Of a stretch of 64,000 bases of DNA, positions 25,937 through 38,300 are shown piece after piece. Each line of letters begins with the position of its first letter. Positions within the stretch are counted from its first letter, which is position 1. Location: contig NC_043004.1 in NCBI RefSeq assembly GCF_006345805.1, positions 102,238,001 through 102,302,000 of the forward strand. The letters are read 5' to 3'. A program made the translations under genes and the position numbers. The notes under the pieces were generated by a model that was given only the letters and a program-made list of their open reading frames with translations, did not search any database and was not told the origin of the DNA. The stretch is from Octopus sinensis. Its lineage: Eukaryota.

Positions 25937-26632
25937 CCACCACCATAGACAATAGCTTTAGAACCAAAAATACTGTTTAACCAGGGGCTTTTTTTTTATT
26001 ATTATTTTACATTCTTATTGCATTCCTACATAAACAGTTCCTCTCTCCAATCAAGCGATGCCTGCTTGGAAATTCAGATATTTTAAAAGAGAGGATTATA
26101 ATGTTGGAGATAATGCTGGTGATAGTGATGATGGTGAAGGTGTTTATGATAGTGGTGGTGGTGGTGGTGAGGATTACTACATATTCATCTTGACATTAGA
26201 TACAATCTAATTTTTTTTTCTTTTCTGCTAACCTCTTTACTCAAATTTCCCTTCATATAATCACTTTTCTGTTCATTAGTCAATCGATACTCAGATATAG
26301 CTCTATCACCATAGCAACATCTTTCTAAAACTATTACTTACTAATTTAGGTACTCAAAAGTTGGGCTTCCAGCAACCTAATTTTCATATGCGGTAGTGAC
26401 TTGTTTCTCTTTTATTTACCCTGTTCATTCCATCTACAAGAGGGTCATGTATTCTACACAGACCCTTTTCTCCTTATTTTCTGTGATTCTGATTCCTTGC
26501 TGTCAGTGTTAATTACCAACATAACCTGACAGTTTGATTAGCTGACTTTATGATATTCTAGCTTAGTACCTTACATTTCTGGTTTTATATGTCCCTCGTG
26601 GTTACTTGAGTTTTTAATGCTATTTTCTGTGA

Positions 26633-26855
26633 TTTTGTGAATATTGTCTTTCTCCACAAGTTATCATACTCTTTGCTGAAATCCATTGAATACTGTCCTT
26701 TCCCCAATGCAGGCAGCAATTAGTCTACTGCACCACATTTTACTATAATACAAAAGGTACTGTTCCTTCCCCCATCTGTACTCAACAGTCAGCTTACCAA
26801 AATCATCAGTTAACCCATAATCCTGCTCATTACATGTTTATTTTTTAAAGCATGT
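26633..26855 (+). repeat. Direct repeat copy 1 (copy 2 at 30385-30604)
   Basis: About 223 bp; differs from copy 2 by 5 substitutions and one 3-nt indel. Confidence 0.9.
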
Positions 26856-27225
26856 CATATTTTAAACCAGACATGGCCAGCCTTTTTCAGGAAGAGGGCC
26901 ATATGCAACACGGCTCATCATCAGAGCAGTGCTAATAAAAAAAAAAGTCCAAGGTAAATTTTTTTATTAGGCATTCCTTTAGAAAATCCTGCAGGTGGCA
27001 GTTGGCCTATGACTCCTTTAATTCTTCTTACACACATTTCTTGCATACTCACATGCATAAAACATGCACACTCCTACATACACTACTTTTACTTTTCTGT
27101 TCACTGTCTCTCTCTCTCTCTCACCTCTTTGCTCAACGACTTTTCCTAGCCTCTCATCATCTTTTCCATTCTGCCTCTCCACCACCACCAACACCATCAC
27201 ACATGTCTCCTCCACCTTTTCTCTC

Positions 27226-27258
<33 letters not shown>

Positions 27259-28209
27259 TCTGAATACCTCTCTCCTACCAGTCCTCTTCCTCCCTACTAC
27301 TCTATCATATTAGTTCACACCATTTAGTGATGCCAAATCAATAATGACAAAATTGTGATTTAGGTAATTAGAGTAGCTGTCAGCAGAAATTATATGATGT
27401 GTGTATGTGTCCATGAAGGTTAGTATCATTGGATTAAAGGTTCAAATTGTATGCTTTGGTATAAATGATCAGTTTTATTCATTTATATGTGATGGATTAT
27501 ATTTTATATATACATATATTTTTATGGATGACATACATAATATATGTATGTTTGTATGTATGTATACACACAGTGTAGGTATGTGTGTATAATAGTCAAA
27601 TATTAATTGAAGGATTGACCAATACCTTTTAAGTCTTTTAATATTATTACAAGGAAATGGTTGGCAGTGACTCTTTTGGCTTAGTCACTTTCTTCAGAAA
27701 GTCTGACAAAGGTGACTAAGTGCAATTTTGAGGTCACTTCACTGTCATCTTTTTCCTTGCAAACACACACATGCACACACACATATCATCATCATCATTT
27801 AATGAAGAAAGCCTCCCAAAGCCGACACTGGAGCTCAATGCTGCCCTGTGGCTCACCTGATCCTGTCAAACTTTGCATCTCATGTTAGCATGAAAAACAT
27901 GTTAAGTGATGATAACATATGACCAGTCTTATATTTCTGGGTAGGATTTTCAATAGCTTCGTGTATCGGCTTGTTAGAATGCGAGTGTCTAAAGACGTAC
28001 ATAGACACACACACCTTGTCTCTGCTCATCAACTCCTCTGCATCTCTCGTCATTTCCATGCTCCTCTCACTACTACACACATATACTTTCTTCACTTGAT
28101 TAAAATTCTATAAGTTATTGATGTGTAAAACATGTCTACCATCACCGTTGAGGAACCTTCAATGTAGTTGCTAGGCCTGCTAGAAATTCCAGCTAAATCA
28201 TCACATTAA

Positions 28210-28692
28210 CCCTTTTGTTACCATATATATTTTGAGATGCTCTGTGTTTCTTTCAATTAATTTTAAATATAACAAAGAACTGACTTCCGTGCAGGTGGCA
28301 CGTAAAATGCATCAATCCGACCGTGGCCGATGCCAGCCTCGCCTGGCACCTGTGCAGGTGGCATGTAAAAAGCACCCACTACACTCATGGAGTGGTTGGC
28401 GTTAGGAAGGGCATCCAGCTGTAGAAACATTGCCAGATGAGACCAGAGCCTGGTGCAGCCTCCTGGTTTCCCAGATCCCTGGTTGAACCGTCCAACCCAT
28501 GCTAGCATGGAGAACAGACGTTAAACGATGATGATGATGAATTTAGTAAAATAACTTATTTATCATTCAGCTAGTGTTAGGAACATAAATTGTGGCTAAG
28601 GTTTGGTGGAAGATTTTAATTCAAAACTTTTGAAAACAAGACATTTGTACTCAGAGCTAGAGTCGGTTTCAGCCGGGTTGGTATCAAAAGGG
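28210..28692. mobile_element. piggyBac-type MITE family 1 with nested RTE 3'UTR
   Basis: TTAA at 28206-28209 and 28693-28696; CCCTTTTG/CAAAAGGG termini. Confidence 0.85.
28280..28538 (+). mobile_element. RTE LINE 3'UTR copy nested in a piggyBac-type MITE
   Basis: Interrupts the MITE consensus between aacaaagaa and tttagtaaaataac; ends in (GAT)n. Confidence 0.85.
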
Positions 28693-28949
28693 TTAAAGGA
28701 TACATTGAACAATGTAGTCCCTGATATAAAAAAATGTAAGGCTGTTATGACTGGAACAATTGCTTGATAAAACTGAAAGGAGTTAAGCACTAACATGAAC
28801 ATAAGTTGATGAGTTGAAAAGAAAACTGCCTGAATGTATTGAGTAGACTGCTAAGCCTCTACATCAGTAGCGCTCAACCATTTTTTGCCTCTGGACCCAT
28901 TTGCTTCCTATTTTACTCAGGTGGACCCCCATAGCCATTTGATGTTTAA

Positions 28950-29171
28950 CCCTTTTGATACCAACCTGGCTGAAACCGCCTCTGGCTCTGTGGTACAAAT
29001 GTCTTGTTTTCAAAAGTTTTGAATTAAAATCTTCCACCAAACCTTCGTCACAATTTATGTTCCTAACACTAGCTTGATGATAACTAAGTTATTTTACTAA
29101 TTTCTTTGTTATATTTAAAATTAATTGAAAGAAACACTGAGCATCCCAACAGAAATATGGTAACAAAAGGG
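28950..29171. mobile_element. piggyBac-type MITE family 1, inverted copy
   Basis: Reverse complement of the family body; lies inside a degenerate cagtagcgctcaacc...ggttaagaaccc element. Confidence 0.8.
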
Positions 29172-29514
29172 TTTTAAAAAATCTCATTGTATTTTTATAA
29201 TTAAATATTTTGGGGAACTGTATGAAAAAGAAGTATAACCAATTTATTGCAGATAAATCTTATATAGACCCCCAAGGGTCATTTGGACCTTGTTAAGAAC
29301 CCTTGCTCTACATGGCTGCTTGACTTGCTAGAAATAGCAGCCAATTCACTCCTGTCTTGAAAAAAAAGGAAGGATATGCTGGATAGTGTAGTCCTAGATA
29401 CCCAATCTAAAGGGTATTTGGGATGGTCATTGCTAGAATACCTTTGATCATAGATGCTCTTAAATATGGTTAACTTGACCTTTACAATAACATTATCAGC
29501 TGAACACTTTTATC

Positions 29515-29784
29515 ATTGCAGCGTGGAAGGTGTTTGTAAGCCATTTAAGAAACACACAAAAGCCGTTCGATTCACTTCAACATTTAAGTTTAATTTGTCA
29601 AAATATTTTCGTCGCTAAAATCCGTGACCTGTTCACTGACAAAAATCCGTGCTGCATCTCAGTGAACAGGTCGCAGTCTTAAAGCAACGAAAATATTTTG
29701 ACAAATTAAACTTAAATGTTGAAGTGAATCGAACGGCTTTTGTGTGTTTCTTAAATGGCTTACAAACACCTTCCACGCTGCAAT
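29515..29784. repeat. 270-bp foldback (long inverted repeat), probably a MITE
   Basis: 29515-29612 is the exact reverse complement of 29687-29784 (98 bp); pairing continues imperfectly to a loop of about 20 nt. Confidence 0.9.
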
Positions 29785-30384
29785 TGTCTTCGTTTCAGCA
29801 CACGATCTCAGATCAAATCACTTGCTATGCGAGTACATCTCTGTAATAACTTTTATCATTAATATAGATTTAAGAATATAAAAAATAAGTATCAATGATG
29901 CTACTTGGGTTAGTAAAATCAGCTACACCTTCTAAAAACTAATGTCTTGTACAAGAGAAATAGCTAAAAGAAGGGAGGATGTAATAGGTCTTGGATTCAA
30001 ACCATCTATAAGAGGAGTACTTGCTTGACCCCTTTACTTCCTATGGAGCTACTGTCCTTGGCTCTGTGCTGTCTTTTCTCCTTCTCTCCAGTTGGACCCC
30101 TGCTTTTTCAGCTCTTCCTCAGTAACCCACCTTTGGCTATTCTTTTAGTGTGTCTTCTCTTCCATCTTTCTTGTGAGTTCCAGGTCAGGTTCTGATGTGT
30201 AATGCAGGATGTTGGTTGTCTTAATTTCCTTTTGGATTTTACTGCACCACATTACGTTTCCCTGAGGGAAGATGTTTCTCTTCCAGGTCCTGTTGGTTTT
30301 GAATTGTCATTGATGTTTCTGTAACCTTTTAGTTAGGGATGTTGGCCCATACACGTATACATACAGTTTTCATCCCATTTACGT

Positions 30385-30604
30385 TTTTGTGAATATTGTC
30401 TTTCTCCACAAGTTATACTCTTTGCTGAAATCCATTGAATACTGTCCTTTCCCCAATGCAGGCAGCAATTAGCCTACTGCACCACATTTTACTATAATAC
30501 AATAGGTACTGTTCCTTCCCCCATCTGTACTCAACAGTTAGCTTACCAAAATCATCAGTTAACCCATAATCCCCCTCATTACATGTTTATTTTTTAAAGC
30601 ATGT
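30385..30604 (+). repeat. Direct repeat copy 2
   Basis: See 26633-26855. Confidence 0.9.
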
Positions 30605-30858
30605 AAAAATCCCATTTACCTTTATAGCTGTCCTTGATAAAATTTTGTCTGACACAATATTTTTTTAAATTGGTCATTGCACAGGAAATGAGATAACTGT
30701 TTATCTGAATTTCTTTATCAGCAGTGTGTGCATCATGTGTGTATGCATACGTATACACATTTTACATTTTTTTTTCTAAACATTGTATTATTATTATTAT
30801 TATTATTTTGTTTTTGTTAAATTAGTATTAAACATTATTTCTTCTTAATATTTTATAG

Positions 30859-31004
30859 TTGAAAGAAAGAACCAGTTTACACCTGAAGAATTTCAAAGGC
30901 TTCACACACAAATTCAAGAGTTGAACAAAACTCTCAATAACTACAAATCTGGCAAAAATGGCCTCCAGGCGATTCTTTATAACGTCACCTTACTTACAAA
31001 GGAA
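30859..31004 (+). CDS. EFCAB14: EFCAB14-like coiled-coil exon (phase 1 in, phase 0 out)
   Basis: ttttatag acceptor and GAA|gtaagt donor. G+TT joins it in frame to the previous exon: VERKNQFTPEEFQRLHTQIQELNKTLNNYKSGKNGLQAILYNVTLLTKE. Contains sequons NKT and NVT. Confidence 0.85.
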
Positions 31005-31672
31005 GTAAGTATGTCTACATTATCATCATCTTCTTAATCTGTCTCAGTGAGTCATGACAACTGCTCAGTCAGTCAGGCATTTTTTGTTTTCTTTCTACTA
31101 TTGTGTGTGAAGAAACTAGTATTGACTTGCACTGGTGGTTGTATTGCAAATGTTGGTGTTAATTAATCTGGAAACAACCAATTAACAAATGTTAATGAAC
31201 ATTAGTCAACAGTGTAGAAACAATAATTGATGGTTACTTGTAAAATGTTCCCCTTCGAAATTATTTAAACTGGCCCAAATATTCTTCCTGTTTTGTTCAA
31301 ACTGACCAGATCCAACCTCTCACACTTGCCCTACAGTGTTATTCTGAAAATAAACAATCACATCATCGAAATCTTGAAACTATGAGATAATGCAAGATTA
31401 ATTTTAAAAAGCAGTGTGATTATATGAACATTATATTTGACTGAGTAATCTGAATGCTAAACTGTTACCCGTGTATTTGTAAGTACTGCATAGGCAACAG
31501 GATTTGGTGCTGCGTCTCAATTCCTGGACCAGCAGTGCATTATGTTCTAGAGCAAAACACTTTATCTCATATTGCTCTGCAATCACTTTGCCACCTGACA
31601 TGTGGCACATGTGGCATACTGTGCACTTGCTGATTTGATGGAGCAAGTGAGCTAATGTTCAGCACAAACATT

Positions 31673-33613
31673 TACTCTTTTACTTGTTTCAGTCATTTGA
31701 CTGTGGCCATGCTGGAGCACCGCCTTTAGTCGAGCAAATCGACCGCAGGACTTATTTTTTGTAAGCCTAGTACTTATTCTATCGGTCTCTTTTGCTGAAC
31801 CGCTAAGTTACAGGGATGTAAACACACCAGCATTGGTTGTCAAGTGATGTTGGGGGGACAAAGACAGACACACACACATATGTATATGAGTCGCTATCAG
31901 AACTGGAGGAGAAGTTTCAGGTGTGGAAACAAGGATTAGAATCGAAGGGCCTCAGAGTCAACCTAGCTAAAACCAAAGTCGTAATCAGTAGGAAGGTAGA
32001 CAAATCACAAACGCCTTCAGGTAGATGGCCCTGCTCGATCTGTAGAAAAGGTGTAGGTAGAAACTCTATAAGATGCACCAAGTGTAAGCTATGGACACAT
32101 AAGAGGTGCAGCAATGTCAAAGGAAGGCTAACTAGGAAGATGGTTTTTGTATGTGGCAGATGCTCAGGAACAATAAACACTGAAAATGCTCTGAGACCGA
32201 CTTCCGTCACTTTCCAGGGAGAAAAACTTGAAATAGTTGATAGTTTCCGTTACCTAGGTGACCAAGTCAGCAGCGGGGGCGGGTGTGCTGAAAGTGTAAC
32301 TGCTAGAGTAAGAATAGCTTGGGCAAAGTTCAGAGAGCTCTTACCTCTGCTGGTGACAAAAGGCCTCTCGCACAGAGTGAAAGGCAGACTGTATGATGCG
32401 TGTGTACGAACAGCCATGCTACATGGCAGTGAAACATGGGCCGTGACTGCTGAGGATATGCGTAAGCTCGCAAGAAATGAAGCCAGTATGCTCCGATGGA
32501 TGTGTAATGTCAGTACTCATACTCGGCAGAGTGTAAGTACCTTGAGAGAAAAGTTGGACCTAAGAAGCATCAGTTGTGGTGTGCAAGAGAGACGTTTGCG
32601 CTGGTATGGTCATGTGGCGAGAATGGATGAAGATAGTTGTGTGAAAAAGTGCCACATCCTAGCGGTTGAGGGAACCTGTGGAAGAGGCAGACCCAGGAAA
32701 ACCTGGGACAAGGTGGTGAAGCACGACCTTCGAACTTTAGGTCTCACTGAGGAAATGACTAGCGACCGAGTCCTTTGGAAGTGTGCTGTGCGCGAGAAGA
32801 CCCGGCAGGACAAGTGAGTCCATAACCCGTGGCCTTCTACATGGGATGGAGCCGGCCTACGTATGCATACCTTCCCTTCTTGGGACACAAAACTCTACTT
32901 GTGAAGACCTGTTGAGGCAAGTGAGGATCAGAATCGAAATCGATCAATGGAAATTGCAGATGTGTTACCAGTGCCGGTGGCATGTCGAAACTCTACTTGT
33001 GAAGACCCGTTGAGGCAAGTGAGGATCAGAATTGAAATCGATCAATGGAAATCGATCAATAGAAATTGCAGATGTGTTACCAGTGCCGGTGGCATGTAAG
33101 AGAACCTTCTGTTTCGCGACCGTTGCCAGCACCGCCCCGTTTCGTGTCCGTTGCCAGCCTCGCCTGGCCCTCGTGCCGGTGGCACATAAAAAGCACCTTC
33201 CATTCGTGGCCGTTTGCCAGCTCTGTCTGGCACCTGTGCGGGTGGCACGTAAAAAGCACCCACTACACTCTCGGAGTGGTTGGCGTTAGGAAGGGCATCC
33301 AGCCGTTGAAACACTGCCAGATTTTGACTGGGCCTGATGAAGCCTTCTGGCTTCACAGACCCCAGTAGAACCATCCAACCCATGCTAGCATGGAAAACGG
33401 ACGCTAAACGATGATGATAATGATATACACACACACACACACACACGCGCACAATGGGCTTCTTTCAGTTTCTGTCTACCAAATCCACTCACAAAGCTTT
33501 GGTTGGTCTGAGGATGCAGTAGGAAAAACTTACCAAATGTGTTATGCAGTGGAACTGAACCTGGAACCATGTGGTTGGTAAGCAAGCTACTTACCACACA
33601 GCCACTCCTATGC
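31673..33613 (-). mobile_element. SINE family A split by the RTE insertion (3' half 31673-31885, 5' half 33426-33613)
   Basis: The two halves flank the RTE and join at the SINE's internal CA/TA tract. Confidence 0.75.
31886..33425 (+). mobile_element. 5'-truncated RTE-clade LINE (RT C-terminal half with PHD finger, 3'UTR and (GAT)n tail)
   Basis: Stop-free frame to 32817: ESLSELEEKFQVWKQGLESKGLRVNLAKTKV...CSIC...CTKCKLWTHKRC...CGRC...FRYLGD...LRWYGHVARM...EKTRQDK*. The 3'UTR ends aaacgatgatgataatgat. Confidence 0.9.
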
Positions 33614-33930
33614 CTCACTATAAATAAATCATCAATGCAGGTTGTTCAGCAGTAAAATGCAGAACCCTCATCTGTTATCTACAATAGGGAAGAGTCCATT
33701 AAAGTATGATACAAGGGAGATTTGGTGGCTACTTCTAGTGGATCTAGTTGTCCTGTAGAGACTCTCTCTCTCTAAAACATATAGTTTTAACACTGCAGGA
33801 TTATTTTGTGAGAGGCTAGATTAAAGTAAGTGATGCTCAATATAAATGGAATGATTCCTATTAGGAAACAAAAGAAGACTCATGAACATTGCTTTCTGGT
33901 GAACTAACCTGTGCGCTGTCATAGTCTCTG

Positions 33931-34412
33931 TCATCATCATCATCGTTCAACGTCCATTTTCCATGCTAGCACGGGTTGGACGGTTCGACAGGGTCTGGGA
34001 AGCCAGGGGCTGCACCAGGCTCCCGTCTGATCTGGCAGTGTTTCTACAGCTGGATGCCCTTTCTAATGCCAACCACTCTGCGAGTGTAGTGGGTGCTTTT
34101 TACGTGCCACCGACACAGGTACCAGGGGAGTCTGGCATCGGCCACGATCTGTTGGTGCTTTTAACGTGCCACTGGCATGGAAGCCAGTCAAGGCGGCGCT
34201 GGCATTGGCCACGTTCGGACGGTGCTTTTTATGTGCCACCGGCACAGAAGCCAGTCAAGGCGGCGCTGGCATTGTCCACGTTTGGTTGGTGCTTTTTATG
34301 TGCCACCAGCACATCTGTGGTGTCTATTGTCCCTGTGCATCTGCCGCACATGAAAGCTATCTTATCAGTTAATTTACCTTTGATGTTGCTGCACTCGTAT
34401 GCGTCCATAGCT
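33931..34412 (-). mobile_element. Internally deleted RTE: PHD-coding fragment fused to 3'UTR
   Basis: Minus strand 34412-34310 reads LWTH..CSNIKGKLTDKIAFMCGRCTGTIDT (paralogous to the 31886 RTE) and is joined directly to 3'UTR subrepeats and the (GAT)n tail. Confidence 0.75.
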
Positions 34413-35167
34413 ATGGTTGTAATATTGGTTTCAAATTTTGGTACAAGGCCAGCAATTTCAAGGGAGGAGTAAGCTGATTACATCAACCCCAGTGTTCAAC
34501 TGGTACTTATTTCATTGACCCCCCAAAAGGATGAAAGGCAAAGTCAACCTCATTGGAATTTGAACTGAGAACATGAAAATGCAAGAAATGCCTCTAAGCC
34601 CTTTGCCTAGCATGCTAAAGACTCTGCTAGCTTACCACCTTAAATATTGATTTCTAACATTGGTGCAGTATTGTAGATTTTTAGGAAAAAGCGTAGTTGG
34701 TTACATTAACATCTCCCTGCCTCCCAGTTCTTGGCATGTACTTACTTTATTGATACTAGAGGGATGTAAAACAAACTCCACCCTAGCAGGATTTGAACCT
34801 AGAATTTTCAAAAGATTTAAATAAACCATGTCTTCACCATGCTGCTGTTTCTGTGAATCCACTCCTCACTCTGTGTAATTAGAGTAAGGAAACGGTAGTG
34901 TGGTCAGTTAACAGTCACTTCACGCTGCCAGACCAAATACTTGGTAGTATTTAGTTGTATCTCTGTGTGTGCTGTGTTCAAATCCCAGCAGAGTTCACTT
35001 TCGCTTTTGACGTTTGGGATCAATAAATTTTGGTGTATCATTGACCGTATTCTTTTGCCTGTGAAAATTTGGCAATGTTTCTATGTTGGAAATATTTATT
35101 GAGATAACAAAAAGTCAGAAAACTACTTCAAAGGAAATAACTTTTGTATTATATTTCTATAATAAGT

Positions 35168-35245
35168 TGTTGTTATTATTATTATTATCATCATTATTAT
35201 TATTATTATTATTATTATTAATATTATTATTATTATTATTATTAT
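35168..35245. repeat. (ATT)n microsatellite
   Basis: Direct inspection. Confidence 0.9.
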
Positions 35246-37054
35246 AAATGCTATAAAGTAGTCAAATGAATAGGTATATCTAGCTTTGAATTCCTGGCTG
35301 GAAGCCATTTAGTCTCCCATTACCAATGCCTTTGGGAGGGCAATGAAAATCTCAACATCACTCACCAACCTGATGCCCTGTGTTTATAGAAATAAACCCA
35401 GTATGGTTAGTTAATTCTATAATTATATTAATAATTTAAGTATAAACGCTGAATGATTTTATTAATAATTTTAAGATAAAAGCCCTTAAAAAGTATGATC
35501 CTGACTTGTAAAGTATCAAGACGTCTGCTTAGAAGAGTTAGGCTGACATGTTCTCTAGTCAGACAATACAAGATGATAAATATAGATTGTATTGTTTATC
35601 TGTTGTCTTTGATGTAGAATATTTCCTTTTGAATTATTTAACTTCTAAATAATTTTATTTCCCCTCTAACAAAAACTGTACAATCTGCTACATTGACTTT
35701 AGAGTTCTTTGATCACTACTTCACTACAGTTAGGGTGAAGGCTATGCTTTGCTAATGAGCTCAGAATAAGACCAAAAATATGTCCAGAATTGTTTCTCAT
35801 AAAATATTATTTTTAAACTTTGCTAAGGGTCTCCACTGGCTAGTTGATTAAACCAGGTGACACATTAACTCTACCATCGAAGAATAGGTTCAGACCAGCT
35901 GATGGCCTTCAGCAGTTTTCCTCTTTCTGGCCTGAAAAATGAAAATAATAATTGTCATTGAGTAATCGTGTTCTTTCATCCCTACACATTCATTTGTAGT
36001 TAACATGAGGTCTTCAGTTCAACCCACTGCACAGCACATCAGGCAGGTGTCCTCTACTATAGCCACATGCCAACAAAAGCCTTGTGAGTGAATTTGGAAG
36101 ATGGAAACTGAAAGAAATCTGTCATATATCATCATCATCTTTTAACTTCCCTTTTCCATGCTGTCATGGGTTGGATGGTTTGACAGGAGCTGGAGAATTG
36201 CCCAGGCTCCAATTGTTTGCCCAGCTGCAGAGCTGTCCAGGGGCTCCAGTTGCATGATTTACCATTGTTTCTACACCTGGATGCTCTTTCTAATGCCAAC
36301 CACTTTACACAGTGTGCTGGGTGCTTTTTACATGCTTCCAGCTTGGGTGCTTTTACATGGCTCCATCACTAGTGCATTTCATGTGGCACCTGCACAAGTA
36401 TCCTTGTCTAGGCATTACATGATGGCTGTAAAGGAGCATCGTTGTCATACAACGGAAGTTGTTCGTTTCCAGTCTTCCACACAGTTTCTATCTATCAAAT
36501 TTACTCACGAGACCTCAATCAGTCAACCTGGAACTATACTAGAAGATACTTCCCCAAGGTGCAGTGCTGTGGGACTGAACCTGAAACCACATGGCTGCAA
36601 GGTGAGTTTCTTAATCACAGACCACCACCACCTTTTTTTTTTTTTTTTAAGTCATCGAAGAAAGGGCTGCCCCCACAAACTTTTTTTTGTGATCAGTGAT
36701 GAAGAAACCATGTCTCGCATAGGTTGCAGCTGTAAGAAGCAGCATAGCAAAACATGAAATAATCTTTAGATCAGAGGTTTGATCTGAATGCAAGCAACAA
36801 AGAGGTTGCCACTAGAGGCACTCAAGAGTCAGACATGTTATTAAACTGAGCAAAGGATCAAGTCTATCAAGTCTGAGGTGGAAAAGAAATTTGCCTCAGA
36901 CAAATATTGCAGATCACCATATTTTTAATGTAGTTAAACTGCAGTGACTAAATCAGGCAAGAAAAAGAAGAAAAAAAAAAATGATATAAAGATTCTCTTT
37001 CGTCCTTTATTTTTATACCAATCTGAAATATAGGATATATATTTTATTTTCTCT

Positions 37055-37472
37055 TTTTACTTGTTTCAGTCATTTGACTGCGGCCATGATGGAGCAATGC
37101 CTTTTTAGTCGAGCAACTCGACCCCGAGACTTATTCTTTGTAAGCCTAGTACTCATCCTATTGGTCTCTTTTGCCGAACCGCTAAGTAACGGGGACGTAA
37201 ACACGCCAGCATCGGTTGTCAAGCGATGTTGGGGAGACAAACACAGACACACACACAAACACACACACACATATATATACATATACATATATATATATAT
37301 ATATATATACGACGGGCTTCTTTCAGTTTCCGTCTACCAAATCCACTCACAAGGCTTTGGTCGGCCCGAAGCTATAGTAGAAGACACTTACCCAAGGTGC
37401 CACGCAGTGGGACTGAACCCGGAACTGTGTGGTTGGTAAGCAAGCTACTTACCACACAGCCACTCCTGCGCC
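37055..37472 (-). mobile_element. SINE family A
   Basis: Full-length copy about 300 bp upstream of the 37777 exon. Confidence 0.85.
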
Positions 37473-37776
37473 TATTTGTGAAGTTATCAACCATAAATTA
37501 CTAGTTTGTCCCTTTTTGATTCTCTTTTAAATGCTGTGTGCATCTATATCCTTACTCGGTTTAAAAATAATATTTTAGAATATGGAATGGTTCTATAAAT
37601 TTTACTTTTTTAAGGGGCAGTGTTACCACCATTGGATGTTTGGTGCTGTTATCGCTTGTCATCTCAGTACTTCATCTACTATTTGTCTACAAAAGTTGCA
37701 CTTCTATTTTGTCAGTCATGTTACAACAATTCATCACTTTGTGTCACCATTGAAAATTATCCCTTTACATTTATAG

Positions 37777-37875
37777 ATTGCCACTCTCAAAGAAAATTCA
37801 GCCAGTTTACAAAAAAGTCTTGACAAAGCTCCTTCTCTTGAATCATTGCCAACTGAAGTAGAGACTATATCAAAG
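37777..37875 (+). CDS. EFCAB14: EFCAB14-like exon, 99 nt (phase 0-0)
   Basis: tttacatttatag acceptor and AAG|gtaaac donor. IATLKENSASLQKSLDKAPSLESLPTEVETISK resembles the recalled EFCAB14 segment ISLLTSAVNHLKANVKSAADLISLPTTVEGLQK. Confidence 0.85.
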
Positions 37876-38056
37876 GTAAACCTTCAATTTACTTGTCTAT
37901 GTAATCAGTCCATTTCCCCGTCTCTCTATACACCTATTTCGCTATTCTATCTAGCGTCTACTTGTCTTTCTATTTTTAATTGCTAATAAATTTGTACATG
38001 TGCATGTGGTTGTATTTATGAAATAATTTTATTTGTATTTATTAGATGATGATGAT

Positions 38057-38300
38057 CATCATCGCCATCATGCTTTAATGTCCCTTTTTCATGCTAGCAT
38101 GGGTTGGGTGATTTGACTGAAGCTGGCAAGCCAGGGAGCTGCACCAGGTTCTTGTCTGATTTGGCTTGGTTTCTATGACTGGATGCCCTTCCTAATGCCA
38201 ACCACTTAAGTCTGTGCTGGGTGCCCGCAATGTGCCACTGGCACAAGTGCTTTTACATGGTACCAGCATGAGTGTTTTTTATATGGCACCAGCACAGGTA
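38057..38300 (-). mobile_element. RTE LINE 3'UTR copy (diverged)
   Basis: ttcatgctagcatgggttggg...ggatgcccttcctaatgccaaccac. Confidence 0.7.

Noticed and set aside
1839-30858. Additional coding exons in the 29-kb intron
   Set aside because: The flanking exons join in phase and align contiguously with the recalled homologue, and I saw no exon-like segment with both splice sites and a fitting peptide.
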